This document shows, piece after piece, positions 46,150 to 55,911 of a stretch of 64,000 nucleotides of DNA. This DNA is from Candidatus Geohabitans tengchongensis (GTDB lineage: Bacteria > Sysuimicrobiota > Sysuimicrobiia > Sysuimicrobiales > Humicultoraceae). The DNA lies in contig JAVKIH010000006.1 of the NCBI GenBank assembly GCA_031459625.1, positions 30,972-94,971 on the forward strand. The letters are read 5' to 3'. The translations under genes and the position numbers were made by a program. The notes beneath the pieces are model-generated. The model ran no database searches. It was given only the letters and a program-made list of their open reading frames with translations, and was not told the origin of the DNA. The first letter of the stretch is position 1. Every line of letters begins with the position of its first letter.

Positions 46150-48219
46150 ATGGCGTCTTCGTTGACCCCGCGCATCAGCCTCCGGACGAGGCTGTTCCTC
46201 CTCCTCTCCGGCGTCGTCGTGACCATGACCGTCCTCTTCGTCTCCCTGGGGCTGCGGTTCTACGCCCACGAGGTGCAGGGGGAACTCGAGGTCCGCGCCC
46301 GCTCGCTGGCCTCGCTGCTGGCGGAGAGCGTGGCCGGCTCCTTCTACGATCCGGGCCGGTTCGACCGGATGCGTACCTACCTGGAGAACGTGCGGGCCAC
46401 CCCCGAGGTCGTCTACGCCTACGTCTTCGACCGCGAGGGCCGGATCCTGGCCGACGGCACGCGCGAGAACCCGCACTTTCGACAGGTCCCGGCGGACCCG
46501 TTCCACGGTCCGGCCGTGCGCAGCCCGACCGCGCTGCTGCAGTACCGCGACTCCAGGTTCACCGCCCCGGGGAACGTGCTGGACGCCGCCCAGCCCTTCT
46601 TCGACACGGAACGGGAGCGCCTGGGCGGTGTGCGGATCGGGTTCACCCTCACCTCGGTGCAGCGGGAGATCGCCCGGGCCCGCCTCGCCGGCCTGGCGCT
46701 CGGCGGGCTCTTCGTCCTGGGGGGGATGGCGCTCTCAGCCTGGACGAGCGCGCGCCTGGTGCGTCCCGTGGCCGACCTCGTGCGCGGCACCCGGCTGGTG
46801 GCCGGCGGTCAGCTGGCCGTGACCATCCCCGTCACCACGCGCGACGAGCTGGGCGTGCTCGCGGACTCGTTCAACCGGATGGCGGCGGCCCTCGGGGAGC
46901 AACAGGCGGCCATCGAGCGCAAGGTTGGCGAGCAGCGCGCCCTCTACGAGATCGGGCAGGAGATCATCGCCCAGGTGGCGCTGCAGCCGACGCTGCGCCT
47001 CATCGTCGACCGGACCCGCACCCTGCTCGACGCCGACATGGCCGCGCTGGCGCTGCGCGAGGACGGCCAGGACCTCTTCGCCATGCGGGCCGTGGCCGGC
47101 GAGGGGAGCGAGGCGCTGGCGGCGGTGCGCTTCCGGCCCGGGGAGGGCCTGGGCGGCCGGGTGGCACGGACGGGGCGCCCGCTAATCGTCGGCGACTACC
47201 CGACGGAGGTGCCGGACAGTCCTTTCCTGCCGCTGGTCCGCGGCATCGGCGCGCGCTCCCACGTCGCCGTGCCGCTCACCGTGCAGGGGAGCGTGACGGG
47301 CGTCCTCTACGTGGTCAGCCGGGCGCCGCACAAGTTCGGCGAGGTCGACCGGCAGCTGCTCACCGTCCTGGCCGATCAGGCCGCCATCGCCATCGAGCAC
47401 GCCCGGCTCTTCGAGGACACCCGCCGCTACGCCCGCGAGCTGGAGGGCAAGGTGGCGGAGCGCACCCGGGCGCTGCAGGAGGCCAACCGCCAGCTCGAGG
47501 AGAAGAACCGCGAGCTGGAGGTGGCCAACCGCCACAAGTCCCAGTTCCTGGCCAACATGAGCCACGAGCTGCGCACCCCGCTCAACGCCATCCTGGGGTA
47601 CACGGAGCTCGTCCTCGACGAGATCTACGGGCCGGTGCCCGAGCGGCTGCGGGAGGTGCTGGCACGCGTCCAGCAGAACGGCCGCCACCTCCTCCGCCTG
47701 ATCAACGACGTCCTCGACCTCTCCAAGATCGAGGCCGGCGAGCTGCGCCTGAGCCTCGCCGACTACTCCTTGGCCGACGTGGTGCAGAGCGCCGTCACGG
47801 CGGTGGAGCCCCTGGCCGCGGAGAAAGGGCTGGGGCTGCGGGCGGTCGTCCCCGAGGGGCTGCCCCGGGGGCGCGGGGACGAGCGGCGCCTCCTGCAGGT
47901 CCTGCTGAACCTCGTGGGCAACGCCGTGAAGTTCACCCCGGCGGGCGAGGTGCGCGTGGCCGTGCGCGTCGTCGGGGACGCCTTGGAGGTGTCCGTCAGC
48001 GACACCGGTCCGGGGATTCCGGAGGGCGAGCAGGAGCGCATTTTCGAGGAGTTCCACCAGGTAGACAGCTCGAGCACCCGGCAGGCCGGGGGGACCGGGC
48101 TGGGGCTGGCCATTGCGCGACGGATCGTCGCGCTGCACGGCGGGCGCCTCGGGGTGCGCTCGCAACCCGGGCAGGGCTCGACCTTCTGGGTCCTGCTCCC
48201 CATCCGTGTGGAGGGGTAA
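46150..48219 (+). CDS. Sensor histidine kinase (TM-sensor-TM-HAMP-GAF-HisKA-HATPase)
   Basis: DELGVLADSFNRM, FLANMSHELRTPLN, NLVGNAVKF, DTGPGI, GTGLGL. Confidence 0.95.
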   Translation: MASSLTPRISLRTRLFLLLSGVVVTMTVLFVSLGLRFYAHEVQGELEVRARSLASLLAESVAGSFYDPGRFDRMRTYLENVRATPEVVYAYVFDREGRILADGTRENPHFRQVPADPFHGPAVRSPTALLQYRDSRFTAPGNVLDAAQPFFDTERERLGGVRIGFTLTSVQREIARARLAGLALGGLFVLGGMALSAWTSARLVRPVADLVRGTRLVAGGQLAVTIPVTTRDELGVLADSFNRMAAALGEQQAAIERKVGEQRALYEIGQEIIAQVALQPTLRLIVDRTRTLLDADMAALALREDGQDLFAMRAVAGEGSEALAAVRFRPGEGLGGRVARTGRPLIVGDYPTEVPDSPFLPLVRGIGARSHVAVPLTVQGSVTGVLYVVSRAPHKFGEVDRQLLTVLADQAAIAIEHARLFEDTRRYARELEGKVAERTRALQEANRQLEEKNRELEVANRHKSQFLANMSHELRTPLNAILGYTELVLDEIYGPVPERLREVLARVQQNGRHLLRLINDVLDLSKIEAGELRLSLADYSLADVVQSAVTAVEPLAAEKGLGLRAVVPEGLPRGRGDERRLLQVLLNLVGNAVKFTPAGEVRVAVRVVGDALEVSVSDTGPGIPEGEQERIFEEFHQVDSSSTRQAGGTGLGLAIARRIVALHGGRLGVRSQPGQGSTFWVLLPIRVEG

Positions 48220-48221
48220 CG

Positions 48222-48605
48222 GTGGCCGCGTCCGCCCGACGCATTCTCGTCGTCGAGGACCAGGAGGACAACCGTCGCATCCTCCGGGACCTGCTCACGA
48301 GCGCGGGCTACGAGGTCCTGGAGGCGACGACGGGGGAAGACGGGGTGACCGCCGCCGCGCGCTACCGGCCCGACCTGATCCTCATGGACATCCAGCTCCC
48401 GGTGCTAGATGGCTACGGGGCCACCCGGCGCATCAAGGCCGCGCCGGAGCTGGCCCACATCCCCATCATCGCCGTGACCTCGTACGCGCTGAGCGGGGAC
48501 GACGCCCGCGCCTTCGAGGCCGGGTGCGACGGCTACATCGCCAAGCCGTACAACCCCCGGGAGCTCCTGGCGCTCGTCCGCCGGCACCTGCCCCCCAAGG
48601 CGTGA
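48222..48605 (+). CDS. Single-domain response regulator (DivK/CheY-like)
   Basis: ILVVED, ILMDIQLPVLDG, AVTS, AKP. Confidence 0.94.
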   Translation: MAASARRILVVEDQEDNRRILRDLLTSAGYEVLEATTGEDGVTAAARYRPDLILMDIQLPVLDGYGATRRIKAAPELAHIPIIAVTSYALSGDDARAFEAGCDGYIAKPYNPRELLALVRRHLPPKA

Positions 48606-48678
48606 GGGCCACCGCACCCGTGCCCGGCACGGACCGTCGGATCGAGCGGGCCCCTGAGCCCGTGAGCCGTCCGGAACG

Positions 48679-49830
48679 ATGAACCAGCCGCCGGTCATCC
48701 TCATCGCCGACGACAACCCCGCCAACCTGGAGATCCTGGGGACACGGCTGGCGGCGAGCGGCTACCGCATCCTCACGGCGGCCGACGGCGAGCAGGCGCT
48801 GGCCGCGGCCCGCCAGCACGCCCCGGACCTGCTGCTCCTGGACGTCATGATGCCGCGCCTCGACGGCCTGGAGGTGTGCCGCCGCCTCAAGGCCGACCCC
48901 GCCCGGCCGTTCCTGCCGGTCATCCTGGTCACGGCGCGGGGCGACCCGCAGGACGTCGTGGCCGGCCTGGACGCGGGTGCCGACGAGTACCTGACCAAGC
49001 CGGTCGACCACAGCGCCCTGGTGGCACGGGTGCGCTCGATGCTGCGGATCAAGGCTCTCCACGACACCGTGCAGGAGCAGGCGGCCCGGCTGGAGGCGCA
49101 GGCCCGGCAGCTCGAGGCCTGGAACCAGCAGCTGGAGCGGCGCGTCGCCGAGCAGCTCGCGCAGCTGGAGCGCGTCGGCCGCCTGCGTCGCTTCCTCTCG
49201 CCCCAGCTGGCCGAACTGGTGGTCTCCGCCGGGGAGGAGCGCCTCCTGGAGAGCCACCGCCGGGAGATCACGGCCGTGTTCTGCGACCTGCGGGGCTTCA
49301 CCGCCTTCGCCGAGACGGCGGAGCCGGAAGAGGTGTTGGGCCTCTTGCGCGAGTACCACGGTGCCGTCGGGGAGGTGGTCTTCGCCTTCGGCGGCACGCT
49401 GGAGCGGTTCGTCGGGGACGGGATCCTGGTCTTCTTCAACGACCCGGTGCCGGTGAGCGATCCGGCGCTGCGGGCGGTGCGCATGGCGGTGGCCATGCGC
49501 GAGCGGGTCCAGCAGCTGCTGGAGGCGTGGCGGCGGCGCGGGCATGCGCTGGGGTTCGGCGTGGGCATCGCCGAGGGCTTCGCCACCCTGGGCGCGGTGG
49601 GGGCCTCGTGGCGGATGGACTACACCGCGATCGGCACCGTGACCAACCTGGCTTCGCGCCTGTGCGACGAGGCCGCCCCCGGCCAGATCCTGGTCAGCCA
49701 GCGGGTCTTGGCCGACGTCGAGACGGCGGTGGAGGCCGAGCCCCTCGGACCGCTCGTCCTCAAGGGCTTCTCCCGGCCGGTGCCGGCTTACAACGTCCGC
49801 GCGTTGCGCACCGAGGCCGCGCAGGAGTGA
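48679..49830 (+). CDS. Response regulator receiver + class III adenylate/guanylate cyclase
   Basis: LIADD, LLDVMMP, TKP; FCDLRGFT, FVGDG, YTAIGTVTNLASRL, LKG. Confidence 0.92.
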   Translation: MNQPPVILIADDNPANLEILGTRLAASGYRILTAADGEQALAAARQHAPDLLLLDVMMPRLDGLEVCRRLKADPARPFLPVILVTARGDPQDVVAGLDAGADEYLTKPVDHSALVARVRSMLRIKALHDTVQEQAARLEAQARQLEAWNQQLERRVAEQLAQLERVGRLRRFLSPQLAELVVSAGEERLLESHRREITAVFCDLRGFTAFAETAEPEEVLGLLREYHGAVGEVVFAFGGTLERFVGDGILVFFNDPVPVSDPALRAVRMAVAMRERVQQLLEAWRRRGHALGFGVGIAEGFATLGAVGASWRMDYTAIGTVTNLASRLCDEAAPGQILVSQRVLADVETAVEAEPLGPLVLKGFSRPVPAYNVRALRTEAAQE

Positions 49831-49840
49831 CCGCCCGACT

Positions 49841-51172
49841 TCACGCCTCGGGCGGTCGTGCCGCCGATCCCAGCGTGGCGAACTGCTCCTCCTCCGTGGA
49901 CCCGCGCAGCGCCAGCGTCGAGGCCCGCCCGGACGAGATCACCAGCGCCACCTGGTCGAAGTAGCCGGTGCCGACCTCGCGCTGGTGCCGCGTGGCCGTG
50001 TACCCCAGCCGTTCCAGCTCGAACTCGCGCTCCTGCCATCGGACGTAGGCCGGCATGCCCTCCGCGGCGAAGGCGTGGGCCAGCTCGAACATCGACGCCG
50101 CGGCCGTGTGGAAGCCCGCCAGCGTCACGAACTGGAACCGGTAGCCCATCGCCGCCAGCTCGCGCTGGAAGCGGGCGACGGTCCGCTCGTCGAGGTGGCG
50201 CCGCCAGTTGAAGGACGGGGAGCAGTTGTAGGCGAGCAGCTTGCCGGGGAACGCCCGGTGCACCGCCTCGGCGAAGCGCCGCGCCTCCGTCAGGTCGGGC
50301 CGGGCGGTCTCGCACCAGAGCAGGTCGGCATAGGGCGCGTAGGCCAGCGCCCGGGCGATGGCGGCCTCCAGCCCCGCCCGCACCACGTGGTAGCCCTCGG
50401 GAGTGCGCTCGCCCGTGGTGAAGGCCCGGTCGCGCGGGTCGACGTCGCTCGTGAGGAAGGTGGCGGAGAGGGCATCGGTCCGCGCCATCAGGACGGTGGG
50501 CACCCCGGCCACGTCGGCGGCCAGTCGCGCGGCCGTGAGCGTGCGGATGAAGTGCGCGGTCGGCACCAGGACCTTGCCCCCCAGGTGGCCGCACTTCTTC
50601 TCTGAGGCCAGCTGGTCTTCGAAGTGGACGCCGGCTGCGCCGGCCTCGATGAGCGCCCGCGTGAGCTCATAGGCGTTGAGCGGTCCGCCAAAGCCGGCCT
50701 CCGCGTCAGCCATGACGGGGACCAGCCAGTCCCGCTCTTCCCGCCCCTCCGCCCAGTCGACCTGGTCGGCGCGGCGCAGGGCGTTGGTGATCCGCCGTAC
50801 GGCCGCCGGGGCGCTGTTGGCGGGGTAGAGACTCTGGTCGGGGTACACCTGCTCGCCCAGGTTCCCATCCGCGGCCACCTGCCAGCCGCTCAGGTAGATG
50901 GCGGGGAGCCCCGCCTTCACCATCTGCACCGCCTGGGTGGCCGTCAGAGCGCCCAATGCCGGCACGTAGGGACGGGTGGTCAGCAGGTGCCACAGGCGCT
51001 CGGCCGCCAGGCGCGCCCAGGTGTGGTCGATGCGGATCGAGCCGCGCAGGCGCACAACGTCCTCGGCGGTGTAGTCCCGCCGGATGCCCTGCCAGCGCGG
51101 AGCGGAGGCCCACTCCCGGGCGAGGTCGGCAGCCTCACCCCGGCGGCGGTCAGAGACCGCGTCGTGCGTCAT
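49841..51172 (-). CDS. aceA: Isocitrate lyase
   Basis: [58 protein letters not shown]. Confidence 0.97.
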   Translation of the reverse strand: MTHDAVSDRRRGEAADLAREWASAPRWQGIRRDYTAEDVVRLRGSIRIDHTWARLAAERLWHLLTTRPYVPALGALTATQAVQMVKAGLPAIYLSGWQVAADGNLGEQVYPDQSLYPANSAPAAVRRITNALRRADQVDWAEGREERDWLVPVMADAEAGFGGPLNAYELTRALIEAGAAGVHFEDQLASEKKCGHLGGKVLVPTAHFIRTLTAARLAADVAGVPTVLMARTDALSATFLTSDVDPRDRAFTTGERTPEGYHVVRAGLEAAIARALAYAPYADLLWCETARPDLTEARRFAEAVHRAFPGKLLAYNCSPSFNWRRHLDERTVARFQRELAAMGYRFQFVTLAGFHTAAASMFELAHAFAAEGMPAYVRWQEREFELERLGYTATRHQREVGTGYFDQVALVISSGRASTLALRGSTEEEQFATLGSAARPPEA

Positions 51173-51465
51173 GAGCCGTCCCTCCCCGCCCCGTTGAGCT
51201 GCAGGTGCCCCGCCCACACCCTGTCCGAGGGGCTCCAGGCGGGCCGGCTCGGGGTGCGGCGGCTCCAGGCCGTGCCGTCCGCCGCAGGGGCCGACCCGGC
51301 GCACCGGCTGCAGAAGGTGGTGGCCTCAGGGGTGAAGGCACAGCGCGGACAGCAGGGCGCCCCGCAAACCTGGCAGCTCCACTCCTCCAGCCGGGAGGCC
51401 AGGACCCCGCCGCAGGGGCAGGTCCGACCCCGGCTCCTCCCGGTCGCCTCGACACGGGTGCGCAT
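51169..51465 (-). CDS. Small Cys-rich putative zinc-finger protein
   Basis: CPC...CQVC...CCPRC...CSRC; GAGGAAGG RBS; ATGA overlap with aceA. Confidence 0.6.
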   Translation of the reverse strand: MRTRVEATGRSRGRTCPCGGVLASRLEEWSCQVCGAPCCPRCAFTPEATTFCSRCAGSAPAADGTAWSRRTPSRPAWSPSDRVWAGHLQLNGAGRDGS

Positions 51466-51549
51466 GGCCCTTCCTCCTCGCGCCTGTGGTGGCTTGCATC
51501 CTAGGCGACCGGTGCTTCATAGTGGAAGACGATTTCTTCTATGCATGCT

Positions 51550-51564
51550 ATAGAGGTTGTCTAT
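51550..51564. promoter_or_regulatory. LysR box ATAG-N7-CTAT
   Basis: ATAGAGGTTGTCTAT (T-N11-A) in the divergent intergenic region, directly before the lysR start. Confidence 0.65.
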
Positions 51565-51565
51565 C

Positions 51566-52492
51566 ATGATCGACCTGCCCCAGGTTGAGGCCTTCGTCGC
51601 CGTGGCCACCTACGGGAGCTTTGCCAAAGCCGCCGAGTCCCTCTTCCTCACCCAGCCGTCGGTGAGCGCGCGGATCCAGCGGCTGGAGCGGGCCCTGGGC
51701 CAGCCCCTCTTCGAGCGGACGGGCCGCGGCGCGCGTCTGACCCGCGCCGGGAGCATCTTCCTGCCGGTGGCCGAGCGGCTCCTCAAGACCGCGGCCGAAG
51801 GGCGGCAGGCGGTGGAGGCGGCGCGGTCACGCGAAGGCGGGCTGGTGACCATCGCCGCCGCCCTCTCGGTGGCCACGTACCTCCTGCCGGAGATCGTCAA
51901 GGGGTTCCGCGTGGAGCACCCTGCCGTGCGTGTGGCCATCCGCTCGGGCCACTCCCGGGACGTCCTGCGCATGGTGCTGGACGAGGAGGCGGAGATCGGT
52001 CTGGCACGCGGGCTGGCCCACCCTGCCGTGCACACCGTCCGTCTGGGGCGCGACGAGATCGTCCTGGTGGCGCCCCCCGAGCACCCGCTGGCCCACCGGC
52101 GGGAGGTGCGCCTGGCCGAGGCGGCGGCCCAGCCCCTGGTGCTCTTCGACCGGGGGAGCAGCGACTGGGTCCTCATCACCGGCTTCTTCCGCCGCGGCGG
52201 CCTCCTCCCCAACACGGTGCTGGAGCTGGAGGGCATCGAGGCGGCCAAGAAGATGGTCGAGAAGGGCATCGGCATCGCCATGCTGCCCCAGCTGGCCATC
52301 CGCGAGGAGCTGCGGACGGGGCGTCTGGTCCAGGTGCGGATCAGTGATGCGCGGCCGCTGACCCGGCCGGTCGACCTGGTCTACCGCCGGGAGGGCATGC
52401 TCAGCGAAGCGGCACGGGCGTTCAAGGACCACGTCCAGCGCGCCTTCCCGGCACTCGAGCGCCGGCGGCGCCGGGTCCTTCGTAGAGCGTGA
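51566..52492 (+). CDS. LysR-family transcriptional regulator
   Basis: GSFAKAAESLFLTQPSVSARIQRLE..LG..LFER. Confidence 0.95.
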   Translation: MIDLPQVEAFVAVATYGSFAKAAESLFLTQPSVSARIQRLERALGQPLFERTGRGARLTRAGSIFLPVAERLLKTAAEGRQAVEAARSREGGLVTIAAALSVATYLLPEIVKGFRVEHPAVRVAIRSGHSRDVLRMVLDEEAEIGLARGLAHPAVHTVRLGRDEIVLVAPPEHPLAHRREVRLAEAAAQPLVLFDRGSSDWVLITGFFRRGGLLPNTVLELEGIEAAKKMVEKGIGIAMLPQLAIREELRTGRLVQVRISDARPLTRPVDLVYRREGMLSEAARAFKDHVQRAFPALERRRRRVLRRA

Positions 52493-52553
52493 AGGTCTGC
52501 CCCGGCCCGGCGTGAAGGCCTGAGCCGGAGCAGGTGCCGCCGGGAGGCGGCGA

Positions 52554-53048
52554 CTAGCCCCGCCGGAGCTCCACCTGCGTCTGTACCGCCATCGGTTTGA
52601 GCAGTGCCAGGTAGACCGGGCAGCGCTCCAGCCACGCCTGGATGAGGCTGCGGACCTCCCGCTCGTCCCGGGGCGATGTGACCTCGATGGTCAGCGTCAG
52701 GTCTGTCAGGTCCGGGGCCGCCCCGTCCAGGCCGAGCAGACCGCGGAAGTCTGCCCGGCCCCGGACGGTGGCGCGGACGTCGGTCACCGGCACGTTGAGC
52801 AGCGGCGCCAGCGTGTCCCGGAGGAAGACCACGGCGCACCCGGCCAGGGCCCCGAGCAGGAGCGCCGTCGGGCTGGGCGCCTGATTGGTCCCGCCCAGGC
52901 CGGACGGGAGGTCGGCTCGCCACGAGAACGGCCCCGCCTCGATGACCGCCTGGGTCCCGTCCGCGCGCGCGGTTACGGTCGGCTGGACCTGCGCCTGCGC
53001 GGGCTGCTCTTTCCAGCGTCGCAGGCTCTCCAGTACGGCCTCCGTGTG
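52554..53048 (-). pseudogene. OsmC-family protein lacking a recognisable start (5'-truncated or frameshift-fused to upstream cupin)
   Basis: DLPSGLGGTNQAPSP, ALAGC, RCPV; homology runs straight into the cupin ORF in another frame. Confidence 0.6.
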
Positions 53049-53449
53049 CCTTCCTCGCCGGCGAAGACCACCCAGGCCCGCATCGGCACGGACCCGTTGT
53101 TGATCCCGTCGTGCCAGTGGTCGCCTTCCGAGAAGGCCTGACCGGCGCGGTAGACCCGCCGGGGCTGGCCGTCGGCCTCGACGGTGAGCTCCCCCTCCAT
53201 GACGTACACCACGTTGGGCACCGGGTGCCTGTGACGGCCGACGCGCCCCCCCGGCGCGAGCTCGAAGAGCACGCCGGTGAACTGGTTCCGGAACAGGGGG
53301 AACTGCAGAGGCTGGCCGTGCGCCGTGGTCGTCGTCTGGAGCACCGTGGTCGCCTTGAGCCCCACCGGCCCGGAGACCCCCTGCGCCCACAGCGTGCCGG
53401 CGATGACCAGCACCAGCGCCGGCGCCGCGATCAACACTCGCCGCTTCAT
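53048..53449 (-). CDS. Secreted cupin-domain protein (3' end altered; ORF continues to 52973)
   Basis: Signal peptide; HRHPVP..VYVMEGEL, FSEGDHWHDG; GGAGG RBS. Confidence 0.75.
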
Positions 53450-53530
53450 CGCTCACCTCCTCGACGTGATGGAGGCACTGTAGGGCCCGGCTGAAGCCCC
53501 TGCCATCGGCGAACTCACCTACTGGGGTGC

Positions 53531-55736
53531 CTATTCGGGCGGGACGCCTCGGGAGGGGGGCGGGGCGGTGTCGGCCACGGCCACCCAGGCAGCGACCTGG
53601 GTGCGGGAGGTAAAACCCAGCTTGTCCAGGATGTGGCGCAGGTGGGCGTCCACCGTGCGCTCGCTGATCACCAGCGTGCGGGCGATCTCGCGGTTGGAGA
53701 GCCCCCGGGTGACCAGCCGGGCCACCTCCCACTCCCGTGGGCTGAGCAGGGGGCGGTCGGACTTCCTCTCCGAAGGGACGGGCGTGGGGGCCGGCAGGGT
53801 GAGGCGTCCCGTGGCATAGTCGATCACCACGGGCAGGGGCATCCGCCGTCCCTCCACCCACGCGGCACCGAAGGCGTCCCGTCCCAGTGCGCGCAGGATC
53901 GTCACGATGGCGCGCCCCACGGCCGTCTGATCTGTCACGACCCATTCGGGTGTGGACAGCCGCAGGCTCTCCAGGTGCGCCTCCGCCGCCCCCAGCACCC
54001 GCGCGGCGCGGACGTAGTCGCCGCCGTCGGCGGCCAACAGCGCGCTCACCTGGAGGGCGTAACACAGGGCCACGTGATCCTTAGCCTGTGCGGCCATCTG
54101 CAGGCTCTCGGTGATGCGGGCGCGGTCAGGGTCCTGGGCCCGCAGCAGGACGCCGAGGGTGCGGAGCGACCGGCCCAGCGTCTCGGCGTCGCCCGCCAGC
54201 CGGGCCAGGCGCACGCTCTCCTCCTCCAGCGCCCGGATGCGTTCCTGCTCGGGGGTGAAGGCGCCTTAGCGTGGAGGAACTTGGCGCGCGTCTCCACCGG
54301 CGCGCCAGCACTGGCCGCCAGCGCCGCGTCCACCCACCGGTACCCCTCGCCGACGTGTCCGCGCAGGGCCCAGAAGCGGCAGATCGCCCCGGCCAGGCGC
54401 AGCTGGCCGTTCACGTTCTCGCGCTGCTCCGCCCACGCCAGTGCCGCGCGGAGGTTGTCGTAGTCGCGCGCGAGGAGGTCGCTCCACGCCACCGCCTCGG
54501 CGGCATTGAGCCGCCCCCGTCCCTGCTCCGCCCAGCGGAGGAAGTAGTCGAGGTGGCGGTCGCGCAGCCGGTCGGCCTCGCCCGCCTGGACGAGCCGCTC
54601 CCAGGCGTACTCGCGGATCGTCTCCAGCATCCTGAAGCGCGGCTCCTCCCCGTCCGGGATGTGCCGGAGCAGGCTCCTGTCGACCAGGGCCGCCAGACGG
54701 TCGACCAGTGGGACGTCCGGGTCGTCGTCCGCCACCGCTTCGGCCGCCCGGAGCGTGAACCCGCCGACGAAGACGGCCAGCCGGCGGAACACCCTGCGCT
54801 CGGCCGGGTCGAGCAGCTCCTCGCTCCAGGCGATCGCTGCGCGCAGCGTCCGGTGCCGCTCAGGGGCGTCCCGCGGGCCGGCCACCAGCAGGGGGAGGCG
54901 TTGCGCGAGCTGCCCCCGCAGCGCTGCCGGCGAGAAGACCTTGACGCGGGCGGCCGCCAGCTCGATCGTCAGCGGCAATCCGTCCAGCCGCGTGCAGACC
55001 TCCGCGACGGCCGCACCGTTCTCGCGCGTCAGCACGAACTCGGGCCAGACCGCCTGCGCCCGGGCCACGAAGAGCGCCACGGCCGGGACGGCCTGCAGCG
55101 CCGCCGGGTCGGTGGCCTGGGCGGGATCGGGCACCGCCAGCGGAGCCACCGGGAACTCGTGCTCTCCGGTGAGGTGCAGCGCCTCTCGGCTGGTCACGAC
55201 CACTGTCAGGCGCGGGCAACGGTGCAGCAGGCGGCCGACGTCAGTGGCGGCGGCGATGACCTGCTCGAAGTTGTCCAGCAGGAGGAGGAGCGGCCGGTCG
55301 GCCACGTGGCGCGCCACGCGCTCGAGGGGCGGGAGCGCGAAGAACCGGCGGCCGGCCAGGCGCTGGGCGAGGAGGTCCGCGACGAGCGCCGGGTCGGTGA
55401 GGGGGGCCAGATCGAGGACGGCTGCGCCCGAGGCGAAGCCGCCCTCGACCCTGGCGACGACCTCGAGGGCCAGGCGGGTCTTGCCCACGCCGGGGGGCCC
55501 GTCAGGGTGACGAGACGGACCTCGGGACGGCGCAGCAGCGCCACGAGGGTTTCGACGTCTGCGGCGCGTCCGATCAGCGGCGTGGCGGCGAGGAGCGGGT
55601 GAGGGGGCACGACGGGCCCGGCCGTCCCACGCGAGCGCCGTGGGGACGAGGCAGGACGAGCCCGCACCGCGGCCCGCGCGCGTCCCCTGCCCTGTTGCGG
55701 CTTGGGGAGTGGGCCTGACTGTCCGCTGGCGCTCAT
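53531..55736 (-). pseudogene. STAND-type ATPase + TPR + LuxR HTH regulator, two frameshifts
   Basis: LIGR...VTLTGPP|GVGKTRLA (shift near 55495), LLLDNFE, LDGLPL, FRMLETIREYA, second shift near 54262, LSPREWEV...GLSNREIA. Confidence 0.8.
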
Positions 55737-55911
55737 CGGGTGCCCAACCGCCTCCACCTTTCACGTTTGGCCACAGGGCCAGGCCACCGGCTGGCTCCCG
55801 ACCCTGCAGCCAGTGATTTGCCCTCATGACCCTGCATTCCCGCCCCCATCCCGGTACCGGTTGGGCAACAGAGCCAGTCCGCCTCTGTCCACCCGGCGGG
55901 AGGAGTCGGTG

